From assembly GCF_009914755.1 (NCBI RefSeq), contig NC_060940.1: 64,000 nucleotides of DNA, one strand, 5' to 3'. Below are positions 30,690-42,728 of this stretch, in pieces. A program made the position numbers and the translations under genes. The first letter of the stretch is position 1; each line of letters opens with the position of its first letter. Origin of the DNA: the human T2T-CHM13v2.0 reference genome, Homo sapiens. The notes under the pieces are model-generated. The model did no database searches. It saw nothing but the letters and a program-made list of their open reading frames with translations, and was not told the origin of the DNA.

Positions 30690-31217
30690 TGCTCTGTATT
30701 GCTTCCCTTTCTTTTGAAATGTGCACTCTAAATTTCTTTTATGGGGAAGCACCTTTCCCTGCTCTCAGTTCATTTGGTTTGGGCAGGGCAGACCCTACTC
30801 CCTGGCTCTAGGTTGATCCAAGCCAGGCCAGCTGGACACTACACCACCTTGTCTACAGTGATGGACATGAGCTGAGACAGTGAGAGCCAAAGCAAGATCT
30901 TTTGCTGAAACCATTGGCAATGGGGGGGCTCTGTCCCCTTGGGGTATTTATGCTGGTGGATGTGAGTTTGGGCTGCCAGGGGCTACCACATGCCAATAGC
31001 CCACCTGGAAATGAGGCAAACACAGAGGAAAACAGAACCAAAGTAGGTGTGGGGAGAGTAGGGGAGTCAGATATTACTGTTTGAGCTGTTGAATCCAGCT
31101 AAGCCTAAAGCAGCCAACCCCATGCATTTTAGTCTATGAATTAAAACACTGCCATTTTTACTTAAGCTAATGTGAATCTGGTTACAGTTAGTTTCAACCC
31201 AAAGAGGCTTGATTAAT
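30690..31217 (+). mobile_element. LTR16-family ERVL solo LTR
   Basis: gggcagaccctactccctggctctagg...tttgagctgttgaatccagct..cctaaagc...ttaagcta...caacccaaagag. Confidence 0.7.
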
Positions 31218-32359
31218 TAGGACAATTTTATCTGTGAACAATCTGCATGTTTCAAACTTATTCTGAAATAAATTTGGAATGCTTAGGCAGGTTCACTAAA
31301 TTAAAAGGGCTTCAACAATTTTGTTGTCCATGTGAGAGGAAAATGCTGCAAAAGCATCTTAGACTTGGCTGTGCAACTGCTTTGGTATGAGAAACGCTCT
31401 ACTAGAGCAAGAAGAGAGAAGCTGAAAAATCCTTAAAAATAATAATGAAGATGAAGATTCACTATTTTTGTTTCGTTTTGGTTCAGGTAATGCTGAATTA
31501 CATGAAATCTCCTTAAGAATAGTCACTGTATTTTCTTAGCATCTGCAATACCAAACAAAGAGCTAGAAGCACAGTAGGCATTTACTGGACTAAACTTATT
31601 AGAAAGAATTGCTGCCTGTCCTTCATGCTTCCTACATATTGATGAATGAAAGCCACTTACGGCGTGGTAGTGTTTCTCAGGAATTTAACACAATCCACAA
31701 ATGATCAGACTTCTCTGAAGATTGACAAAATTCCCAGAAAACACCAAGAACATAAATCAGTGGGAAGAACATTTTTTTTTAACTGTGACTCACAATCATT
31801 TTCTTAAAAAAGGCATTTAAATGTAAAGATCTCAGCTCAATATTATTCACTATAAGTCTGTGTAGCCAACCACCCATTCTTTGTCCCTGGGTGATGTGTA
31901 AGAGTACTGCCCTTGTTAGAATTCATAAATGTGGCCAAAACCTGGGCTAGACTCAATATTTCTGAGCCCTTGAAACTCTCTAGAATGAACACCATTAAAA
32001 GAATGTGTTCATTTTGAATCACCCATCTCTTAGTTATTTCCTAACCATCTCTTTCTGAAATTAACTGTTGGCCAAAATAGAATACCAATCAAAAGCCACA
32101 TGGAAGAGAAATATGAAGCCTGAGAAGAAAATATGAACCTCACCCAGGGTGAATAGCTCAAAGAGTTTCTGTACTAAGGCAGCCCAGCCATATGGCCAGT
32201 TTGGCCCAGAATCAAAATCAAAGTTGTAAAACCATCGCTATGGCAGGGGAAGATGTTCGGGCTGCTGGAGTCGAAATGACTACACTGTAATGCTGAGACT
32301 GGGCCAACCAGATGGTGCTGAGGGAACCAGACAGGAATTCCACAGCAGGAAGATGGACT

Positions 32360-33290
32360 TCGGCCCCAGTCTAGCTTTCCAGGCTCACCTCTCTGCTACC
32401 CTCTGCTCCAGCCACACTCCACTGCTCGTTGGCCTTCTTTCATGTGATGCACTTTTCACATCTCTTTGCCTTTGATTTTGCAGGTCCTTCTCTCTGGAAC
32501 GACCACCTCCTTTGCTCTCCTCCACCCCCATCAAAGTCATGACCATCCCACCCACCTTACTGTGCTTTTATCCCCAGCCCTCCTGCACACTCTGAACTAC
32601 CTGGGGTGCCACAAGGCTTCATCTTTCTTTCTTTCTTTTTTTTTTTTTTTTTTTGCCTCCACGCCTTGACATAACTTTTTTTTTTCTTTTTCGTTCCTAT
32701 CTTCTACCCTCTTCTTGATCTTCCCAGCCTAGTCTTCTAAATTTAGCTGAAGCATCACCTCCTCCTGGAAGCCTTCCCTGATCTCTCCTTTTAATTTAGG
32801 AGACCCTCCCCCATGCTCACACAGCCTCTTGGTGCCTATTTTATCAGCATCTACTCCGTCGTCCAGGAGTCACTGACCCACACGTGTATCTCTTCCATAT
32901 GCCTGGAATGGCCTTGAGGGTCGAGACTATGCATCAACTGACTTTGCATTCCTTTTGCTTACTGCCAGGCACTCAGTAGGAAGGGTGGGTGGAGAGATAA
33001 ATGGCTGGAAGGAAGGAAGGATGACTTAATCCTTCAAGGCCCTGCTTTCATGTCACTTCCTCTAGAAAGTTCCATGGCCCATCCAGTCCTCTTGTACTTT
33101 ACATACAGACATTATTTTTTAAAATTCCCACAATTTGACTTGCATTATGGATAGGCCCTGCTTCTCTCTTTCAATAGAGCGTAAGCTCTCTGAGGTCAGA
33201 ATTCAATCTCCATCTTTATATCCCTAATGATGCCTTGTTCCTAGTGGGTGCATATTTGTTTCTGTTCCATAAACATTTATGGAAAATTAT
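32360..33290 (+). mobile_element. L2 fragments
   Basis: catcacctcctcctggaagccttccctgat; gtaagctctctgagg; tagtgggtgcatatttg. Confidence 0.55.
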
Positions 33291-33848
33291 TTGGTACCAT
33301 TAGGCCAGAAAACATGTGAAAACCATTCAAACAAATTCTGAGCTGGACAGGAGACTCTTCCTAGCTTTGGATATTTAAAAAGCTGGTCCATCTAACCTGA
33401 GCTGGGTGGGCTGGGGATAGGTGAATGCTCATAGTAATAATACTAGCTAACACTTACTGAGCACTTACTGCAGTATATAGGCTGTACTAAGAGACTTATG
33501 TGTATCAAATCACTAATTTACAAATGCTCAGTGGTACCTGGGCATGACTCCCATTTGAGCCAGTGACAATTGTCCATCTATACCTCAGGGGAGAGAGTTG
33601 GGTCTGGTGAGTTTCAGACTGGTATATGAAAGCTGGAATTGTTCTAAGAATTAGCAGAGAGCTTCATCAATTGCTGTCTGCCTGCACTTGAGTATGTTAA
33701 GCCAAAATTACTTTGAACTCTGTTAACCTATGATTTTACAACTTGAATGGAAAAGATTCCTCTCCGAATTTCAAGATTTTTTTTTTAGTAAATAAACAGT
33801 TGGTTTTTAGACAGGAAAGAAAGACAATTGAGGTGGTTTTCTCCACTG

Positions 33849-34376
33849 CAGTGGTCCCCAACTTTTTTGGCATCAGGGACTGGTTTCATGAAAGACAGTT
33901 TTTCCACGGACTATGGGTCGGGGGTAGGGGGAATGGTTTGGGGATGAATCAAGCGCATTACATTTACTGTGCACTTTATTTCTATTATTATTATAGAAAT
34001 TATTATTTCTATTATTATTATATTCATTATAATATATAATGAAATAATTATACAACTCACCAAAATGTAGGTTCAATGGGAGCTCTGAGCTTGTTTTCCT
34101 GCAACTAGCGGGTAATGGGAGACAGTGACAGATCATCAGGCATTAGATTCTCACAAGAAGTGCCCAACCTAGATCCCTCGCAAGTGCAGTTCACAATAGG
34201 GTTTGTGCTCCTGTGAGAATCTAATGTCACTGCTCTTGTGACAGGAGGCGGAGCCCAGTGGTAATGCGAGTGACGGGGAATGGCTGTAAATACAGATGAA
34301 GCTTTGCTTGCTCACCTGCCACTCACCTCCTGCTGTGTGACCTGGTTCCTAACAGGCCATGGACTGGTACCAGTCC
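33849..34376 (-). mobile_element. MER1A, inverted relative to 15520-16041
   Basis: cagtggtccccaacttttttggcatcagggactggtttcatg...ctcacctcctgctgtgtg...ggactggtaccagtcc; internal (TAT)n expansion. Confidence 0.9.
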
Positions 34377-34519
34377 CTGAGGGAACCCTGCTGTCTTGGG
34401 AGCTCTATACCCCTTGTATCAGGAACCTTCCACCTTGCAAGGATATAGTGCAGATTAAACACAGCAAAGAGCATAAATAGCCTAGCACAACACTTGGATG
34501 GGGAGCTGTTGCTAGTTGA

Positions 34520-34680
34520 ACCTTCACAATAACCTCAGCAGGGTAGTCACGGCTTTCCTCATTTTAAAGAGGTTGAAAGTGCTACAAAAGGAGTTAGGCA
34601 ACTTGCCCATAGTCGTTGCATGAGTAGACTGCTGAGTTTGGATTTCAATCCATGCTTATCTGAGTCTGTATTAACCATTA
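34520..34680 (-). mobile_element. MIR fragment
   Basis: cttcacaataacctc...cattttaaagag...aacttgcccatagtc...ggatttcaatcca. Confidence 0.6.
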
Positions 34681-36356
34681 ACTTACAAGGGAGCCTAATC
34701 TTACTACTACTAAATTGTTTTATGACCCCAGGAAGGTGATTTCCTCTCTGGGCTGCAGTGTTTATTGTGGGGTAAGACACTAGCAAGTGGAATAACGAGT
34801 GTGGGCTGCTCAGAGATTCAGAGTCCTAGGACTCCAAGTGACCCTGATTGATGGTCTGGACCATACTCTTGAGTGAAGGGCTGAGTCCCAAAATGTAGGT
34901 ATCTAATGCAATTTCAGAGGCCTCTCGAGAAAGGGTATATCTAACCCACCTTGAGATCTCACAGGGTTGTTACTAGAAATAACTAATAAAAAAGCCTAGG
35001 ACATGTCCAAGTGCCACAGTGACAGATATGACTATACATAAATTAGTCTTGCAGAAAGCTACTTGCCTGGGGTCATCATAAATTTCTGATGGCGCAACAC
35101 AAGACTGATTGTATTTACTTTTGCTCTCTGTTGGGTTCAGAAGTATGATAGGCCAGTAAAACGATTTAGTTAGCTGGTAAATTATCTGCAAGATTGATTA
35201 AAAATAGGAAGCGAGCAATTGGCAAATTGTCAATGCACAGAAAAAAGAATCCTCAATAACGAGATCCAGAGATTAAATTAATTTAACATGGGGCACCATT
35301 TGAGGAGGATGTTTCATTGAACTCTTGTGATATTATTTGGACTGAAATGACCGCGTGTGGCTGTGAGTGTGTGTGTGTGCGTGAATGAAGCAGCTTTGTA
35401 ACATGGTGCTCATTTTGGCTTTCAATTCAAGATTAGGAAAGCAGTAAAAATAATACACAAGGGACAGCAGTCCTTAGCGCTCATCATTCTAAAAGAGATC
35501 ATTTGGTGGAAATTAGAAAGAAAACATCAGCCTTGTAATAAATTACTCTGAGTATCCCAAGAATGGAAAGCTGGCTTCTATTGTTCCTTCTTCTCATAAA
35601 TGATGTGCCCAGATTATACCATCACTCTAACATGATTATGTATGCAAATGATGCAGACAGTTATACAATTTACAATTTGGCTGAAATTGTTAAAGAACTG
35701 GCAAATGGACTTTGACAAATCGCAATTTGAGGTTTTAAAAATGAACTTTTATCACAGAGCAAGAAAACAACGGATATTCTGCCGTGCTTATGTAAATTCT
35801 TTGGGCAACATACAATAGAGATGCGATTGACTACATTTTAAAAACTACCGTCAACTCTTTCCTGTGGTTGGGAAATGGATAACTCAAATATTGCTCTGGT
35901 TGAATCAAAGATTGAATTAATAGGGAATTATCATATATACCACACATGGATTACCAATTTTAAAAGAATTAGGCCACCAGAAAATACATTTAATTTAATA
36001 TTTCTTTGATGAGTCAGAGGGCACTTCAAGATCTTGCTGTGCCCCCAGGTCATCATTATGAACCACTATTGATACTGGGGAGGCATGGGAGATAGTTAAT
36101 GAAGAGATCTGGCCAACACAACACAGGAAAACAGGGAGTCTGCTGTTTTAGACATTTATGTCAGGGTGTCTCCCTTTCAATTTTGATCTCTTTATATCCC
36201 TAGGGAAGCTTAGAGTTCGCTACTGCCTTTCTTATCTAGGCCAGAGCTTGGTTACATCATAGTAAGATTTCTCAATATTTTCTCATTCAGAGATTCATAC
36301 TGGCATCTGTAGTCTTCTCCTTTATCAACATGTATTCAGTATTTTTTTTCCAATTA

Positions 36357-36809
<453 letters not shown>

Positions 36810-37379
36810 GTACCTATTTATGCAGAATGGTAACAAGGGAATTGACTCAGTCCCTGTACTCCAAGGTTTACTATCTCAAATATATTGATGATCATTTATA
36901 AAGGCTGTCAAGAACATTCATGAAACTTAAACCCAGAGGAAAGAGCCAGCAAGCACTAGACGACACACGGTTCTAGAGCTTCTTGACCAATTAAATAAGG
37001 GCAGTTTCAAGTTCATTCTTCTGTTACTGCTCTTTTATGAAGTAAACGTTGTTCACTTTCCTCTTAAATTACAGGGCACAAAATTAGACTGTGGCGGGGT
37101 GTTTACCAATGTAGGATATAATGAGAAGGCTACCTGTGGTTTCAACATTCTGTATTTCTAGCCAGAAATATTTTTAACAGTGACCAGTTGGTTCATTTGG
37201 TTAGTAAATAGGTAATAATAAAGCCAAAAGAACGACAGCAGTACCCCTTGGGCCAGTTGGCTTCACTCATTTAATAACTAGAGTAGACATTAAGGTTTGA
37301 CTCCAGCACAAGTTAGCCATCTAGAAAATAAGTGGCTCACTAGAGAGGCGATATCAGTGGCCAGCAAATAATATTTGGG

Positions 37380-38230
37380 AAAATAATTTTGACATCAGTA
37401 AAAATCAGAATCATGCAAATTAAAATAAGGGAACATTTTGTCCATTAAGTTACTTGGGAAAAGAGAAGGTGAGGGCAGAGAGGAGAGGAAACAGTCAGTA
37501 ATAAGTAACAATAAGTAAGAGACAGAGAGAAAACCCAGTACTGGCCTGGAGAAGTGAAATAGCCACTCTAACATGGCAGGTGTAAATTGCGCCAACGTTT
37601 TGGAAGAAAAAAATTGGCAACAGAAGAGCCAAATGTATGTCCGTGCCCTTTGTCTCAGCTTTTCTACTTCTGAGGAATCTATCCTACAGACTTGTGGAAG
37701 CTGTCATTTTCCTCCAGAACATTCTCTGCACTATCTCCTAGACTTTAACATTAGGAGTGGCGTTTGGATGACAAAAGCCTCCAAGAGCAAGCTGGATGGT
37801 TCCATTTTTGAGAAACAAGGTTCAAACAAGCAAGCAAACAACACACAAAAAGCCTCTAGTAAAGAAAAAAAGATTTATGTCTGCCCCAAAACGTTCCTAG
37901 CAACATTATTTGTTTTTGAAAAAGTATAAGCAATATAATAACAGTGGGATAGTTAGCAAATTATGTTACATCCATATGATAAAATATTATTCTGTAAGAA
38001 ACTGATGTTTGTGACAAGTTTTCCACTGACACAACACATGTTTCTCATATGAAAAACAGAACATAAAACCATGTACACAATATATCATGGGTGCCAAACA
38101 ACATGTGTAGATGGAGAAAAATATACCAACGTCATAGGCAGGATTATACCAGATGGTGACAGGAAGAGTGACTGAATTCTTCACAGTTTTCTAAATTTTC
38201 AAAGATTTAAATGAAAATAACATGTTAATT
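37380..38230 (+). mobile_element. Old L1M(E) 3' fragments
   Basis: atgcaaattaaaataag; ggcaggtgtaaattg; gttcctagcaacattatttgt; aaattatgttacatccata. Confidence 0.55.
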
Positions 38231-38667
38231 TTCATAGTTGGAAACATATTTACATCTTTAAAAATAAGGAAATTTAAACAAAATGAGAAATGTTTATAAA
38301 ATAGCATTAAGTGACAAAAGTAGGAGTCAAGATGGAAAGGCACAATATGCTCTTATCCAGGCAAATATGCCTGTAAAACAGACTGAAAGTAATACACTGC
38401 TAAGAATGCTACATAGGTAGCTATCTTTGGTTGGTAGGATTAGAGATGCCTACTTTTCTGTACTTCCCCCAAGCCATGTATTACTTTTATAATAGGAAAT
38501 AATGAATAAAATACTTGGGAAAGAAAATGTTATTTTGCAAAATGAATCTAGTGAGAGTGTGCAGATAAAACAGTGAAAGTCTTTTTATCAGTACTGCCCC
38601 AAACAACTTTGAAATGCCACGTGGCAGTAACTCATCTGGTAGATTAATAATATGTATCATCCTTTTA

Positions 38668-38749
38668 TTGGGTTTTGCCAATGCAATTGCCATTTTTTTT
38701 GTAAGCAAATCATGGTCAAATAATGGCAATTTCATACAGTTCAACCCAA
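38668..38749. mobile_element. MADE2 (Tc1/mariner MITE)
   Basis: Inverted termini ttgggtt..aattgccatt / aatggcaatttcata..aacccaa flanked by TA. Confidence 0.75.
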
Positions 38750-38844
38750 TATATGAGGAAGAAATGGCCACTTATAAAATTAATTATCATACTCTCTACT
38801 TTTATAGCCTCAAAGCCAAGGCCAAACAACACAAAAACAAGAGT

Positions 38845-39622
38845 TTTTGTTTGCGTGAGTTATATCTACTAATATATTAGAGATTGAAATGGAGAAATAT
38901 TTTAAAAATTCATTTAAAACTAAGCCCATTGCATGTTAATATAAGTAATATATTTCAGTGAAAATGATTGTATTTCCCAAATAAAAATAATTTAGGAGAG
39001 GAATAGCATTGTCTTAGTCTGTTTGTGCTGCTAGAACAGAATACCATAGCCTGGGTAATTTATGAACAATAGAATTTTTCCCCCATGGGTCTGGAGGGTG
39101 GGAAGTCCAAGGTCAAGGCGCCTGCAGGTCTGGTGTCTGGTGAGAGCCTGGTCACTGCTTACAAGATGTTGCCTTGAATGCCGCATCCTTTTATAGAGGA
39201 GAGGAATGCTGTTCCTCACATGGTAGAAGAGCAAAAGAAAGCAAACCCACTTCCACAAGCCCTTTTTATAGCAACATTAATCCATGAAGCACTTCCCATT
39301 AGGTCCCATCTCCCAACATTGTTGTGTTGGGAGTTAAATTTCAACATGGGTTTTGGAGGGGACAAACATTCAAACTATAGCTGGTATTGTTTTGCATTTT
39401 TGTAAATCTTTGGTTTAACAGAAGGATGCTAGATTCTTTGATCTGCTTTGACATTCAATCTTTTGCAATATTATACATCATGTAGCTTCTGGAAAACTCC
39501 ATTGTACACTTGTGAGAGAATGAAAGTGAAAAAAGCATATAATACCTTTATGTTAATATGGAAATTGTATTGACTTCAGAGACCACAGAAACCCAGGGTC
39601 CCCAGACCACACGTTGAGAGCC
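38845..39622. mobile_element. Charlie1-family DNA transposon split by a MaLR LTR
   Basis: cccattgcatgttaat...gcatt[LTR]gttttgcattttt...cattcaatcttttgcaatat...ccccagaccacacgttgagagc. Confidence 0.65.
39010..39381 (-). mobile_element. MST-family (MSTC/D-like) MaLR solo LTR
   Basis: tgtcttagtctgtttgtgctgct...gggaagtccaag...ttttggaggggacaaacattcaaactatagc. Confidence 0.85.
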
Positions 39623-39624
39623 AA

Positions 39625-39790
39625 TCAATGTTCATGACTTTTTCAGGGTCATGGGTCCCCAAAAAGCTATACATGTTCTTCCTTCTCTAAGAAATGAGCA
39701 TGCACACATATGTACACACATTTGTAAATAACTTTGGGGGTTCACTAATACCCTGAAGTTTATGGATACCCCAGATTAAGAACTTGGCCT
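39625..39790. mobile_element. hAT-Charlie MITE (MER103C-like)
   Basis: gggtcatgggtcccc...gggggttcact..ccctgaag...ccccagattaagaac. Confidence 0.5.
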
Positions 39791-41512
39791 GGAAGGAAGG
39801 TAAGAATTATTCTGGCTATGTTTGCATGCTGAAGTTCCCAGGTCAAGACCATGCTCAGTTAAGGTGCTTGATAAATACTGTAGCATAAAATGAAATAAAA
39901 ATTTCTCAGCAAAATTAGAGAAATGTCTAAAATCGCCAAAAGATTAAATAAAATTAAATGGTAAATAACTGCTGGATCGGGTTAGCTGTGCTCTAACACT
40001 GAGTCAGCAAAATGCCTCCCCATACAAACGGCAAGGGATAAGGGCAAACTCCATCTTTCACTTCTCTCCCGAACATCTTTTTTCAAAGAAACTAACTGGC
40101 TGCAATTCAAAGACAGTTTGAAAAAATATAAATATATATTTTGGGGGTAAAAAAAATCCATTAAATTTTTTGATTGCATTGAGTTGCTTATCAAGAGTGT
40201 GTGAATAATGCCAGGAAAAGATACTTTTCTAAAAATCAATACGTTGAAAGTGCTGTTTTAGGGTTGCTGTAGTTGTTGGTTGTGTTTCAGAGTTATTCCT
40301 ATTGACCTGAATTCAAAAACAAGGTATTGATTTATAAAGTACCTTCAGTAAATAAATGCACATTCTTTCAGCTAACCCTAATAACCTGTAGCATACAGAA
40401 CAAGGTTTCAAGTCAGCTCTGCAGAGGTGAGCTTATAGTGTCACAATTAATCCTCTCTCAGAGTCATGAGGCTCCTCTAACGTGGGGGAACAAGAGAGAT
40501 GGCAGACAAGAAAACCACAGAAAGAGGAAAGAGGCAGAAGCATCTTAGCTTCTTTTTTTTTTCCCAAAAGATTTTTTCAAATGTCATTTTGGTTTCCTGA
40601 GCAGGTGGGATGCACAGATAGCAAAACCATAGCCTTCCAATGATTGAATGATGACTCATCATAGTCTTGTAAATTATGTCTCTACTCAACTTTCCCATTA
40701 AGACTGAATGGTACAGATAAGCAGGAAGATATCTCTTTAGTTGACTCTTGGGTCCATTCTATAGAAATAGAGGATGAGGCCCATGACCCCTGGCTTTACA
40801 TTCAAAGTCCACATCAGGACAATGTCGTGGGTTGGTTCTGATCTTTCTCACTTTGCCATTACTTACCAGCCACAAATGGTTGGTTGATGAGGACCATATT
40901 GCCTTAAAGCCCCCCAACTTTCTTCACAATCATTTTTTACCAATGGCAATTGACTTGCTTCTTTAAGAAGCAGGTGAATATCATGAAAGCAAGCTTGAGC
41001 AAAGTGTGGAAAAATAGGGTTTCTGGGCACTGGGCTTCTTTCTGGACTTTTCTTGAAGTCAATGCCCAATGACACTTGAGAGTGATTATTAAGAGGTTAT
41101 ATGCTTAGTTTTGTCACTCAAATTTTATCACTTAAATGTATCAATTCAGATAAATTTATCCATTTTTTAAAAAAAGAGGCAAAGCACAGGGTAATATAGA
41201 AATGAGCAGAAATCCAAGAGAAGTAAAAATACAAAGCACGGGGAAATATACCTGTATCACTAATGAAGGCATCCTGCTAGATACCAGTGAGGCTGCTAGA
41301 TGGAGAAAACCCCTGGTGGAGCCTATTTAGTGTCCACAGTGCAGGAACTGGCAAAATTCCATGCATTTGTATTTAAATCCCAAAGAATCTATGTTTTTTT
41401 TTTTTTAACCAATCAAGTTTTCTGTTCTTTCTCTTGGTTATTATGATTTTGATTATTTAAATAGATTTATTCCTGCAAAGCACATTTTTTGGGGGCTAGC
41501 ATGATTCTCCTG

Positions 41513-41728
41513 CAGTGGTTGAGTGGTGTTTTGTGAACCAGGAGTCTTGGGGATGGAATGGCAGGGAGGGGGGTGGCAAGTGAGTAGTGGGCCTCGGCCT
41601 CACACCTGGCTTCAATCAGCGCAGTTCTATTTGATCTGTTTTTATATATTGAGGATAGGAGTAAGATTTTATTAGAAAAAGAATTTTGCTGCTAAAAACA
41701 ATGACAACGAGAGGTTGAAAGTCACTGA
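41513..41728. mobile_element. hAT-Charlie-type MER fragment
   Basis: cagtggtt...ctgtttttatatattgagg...gctgctaaaaa...tgaaagtcactg termini. Confidence 0.5.
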
Positions 41729-41814
41729 TCTGGGGAAACTATGTTTAGACTGAAATTGACCCTGAACATTAATAATTCTTCTGTAGGAAATCAGCTGGTG
41801 ACTTCTCTCTCTCT

Positions 41815-42245
41815 CTTTTTAAAGAAGTTTCAAGTTATCCATATTCATTATTTTAAAAAGTACAGAGAAAACAGATAAGCAAAAAGAAAAAAAAAAAAGC
41901 ACCCATCCTAATCCTACTACCCTGAGATCACAGCTATAAACTTTGGTGACAACTTATTAGCCTGTTTTCTTTCTGTGCATATATATCTATACACCCTTTT
42001 TTAAATAAAAAAGAGATTAAAAACTCTACATACTCTAGCACACTGTTTGTCACTTGATTTTTTAAATGTATATTATGAACATATTTCCATGTCAATGAAT
42101 ATACCTCGACTTCATACTTTATAAAGGCTGTGTAGTATGTTAGCATGTAGACTTGATCCATTTCTATCATACATCCAGTTTATCCATTGCATTCTGGTAA
42201 GATATTTATTCTGCTATCATAAACAATCCTGCTGTGAACATTCTA
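41815..42245 (-). mobile_element. Old L1ME fragment
   Basis: tatattatgaacatatttccatgtcaat...ggctgtgtagtat...ctgctgtgaacatt. Confidence 0.6.
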
Positions 42246-42479
42246 GATTGCTATACAGAGCAGAGCTTCTAACTGCTGTGCTCTGGCATACTGATATGTT
42301 GCAAATGGTCACACGTGTGTGGAGATATGGAGCCACCTGGATCATTTGCTGATCTGCCCCCAGCTCATGACCGTCACCTGGAGCTGTGAGCTGTCCCTAG
42401 TGTTTACCTCAATATACTCCACACATGTGCTTGTCTATGTGACTCGTGACTCTAAAATTCTTGCAGAGTATTGATACGG

Positions 42480-42728
42480 AGTTGGCATTACAAATATGCC
42501 CTCTGCAGCCAGCCCAGCAGACTTTGAGTCTCAGGGTCACCCTCTATCAGCTGGGGGATCTTGGGTAAGTGACTTTTTTGTGTGTGTCCCTCAATTTCCT
42601 CATTTCTTAAGTGGAAGTAATTATAATATCTGCCTTCTAGTAATTGTATTGTTTAAAAAGTGCATGCGTGTAAACCCTTCGAACAACGTCAGAAACGCAG
42701 GAAGTAATCAAGATGTTAATTATTAGTG
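42480..42728 (+). mobile_element. MIR
   Basis: gatcttgggtaagtgactt...cctcaatttcctcattt...aagtggaagtaattata. Confidence 0.6.

Noticed and set aside
38668-38749. pre-miRNA-like hairpin
   Set aside because: Explained by MADE2 terminal inverted repeats, with diverged arms
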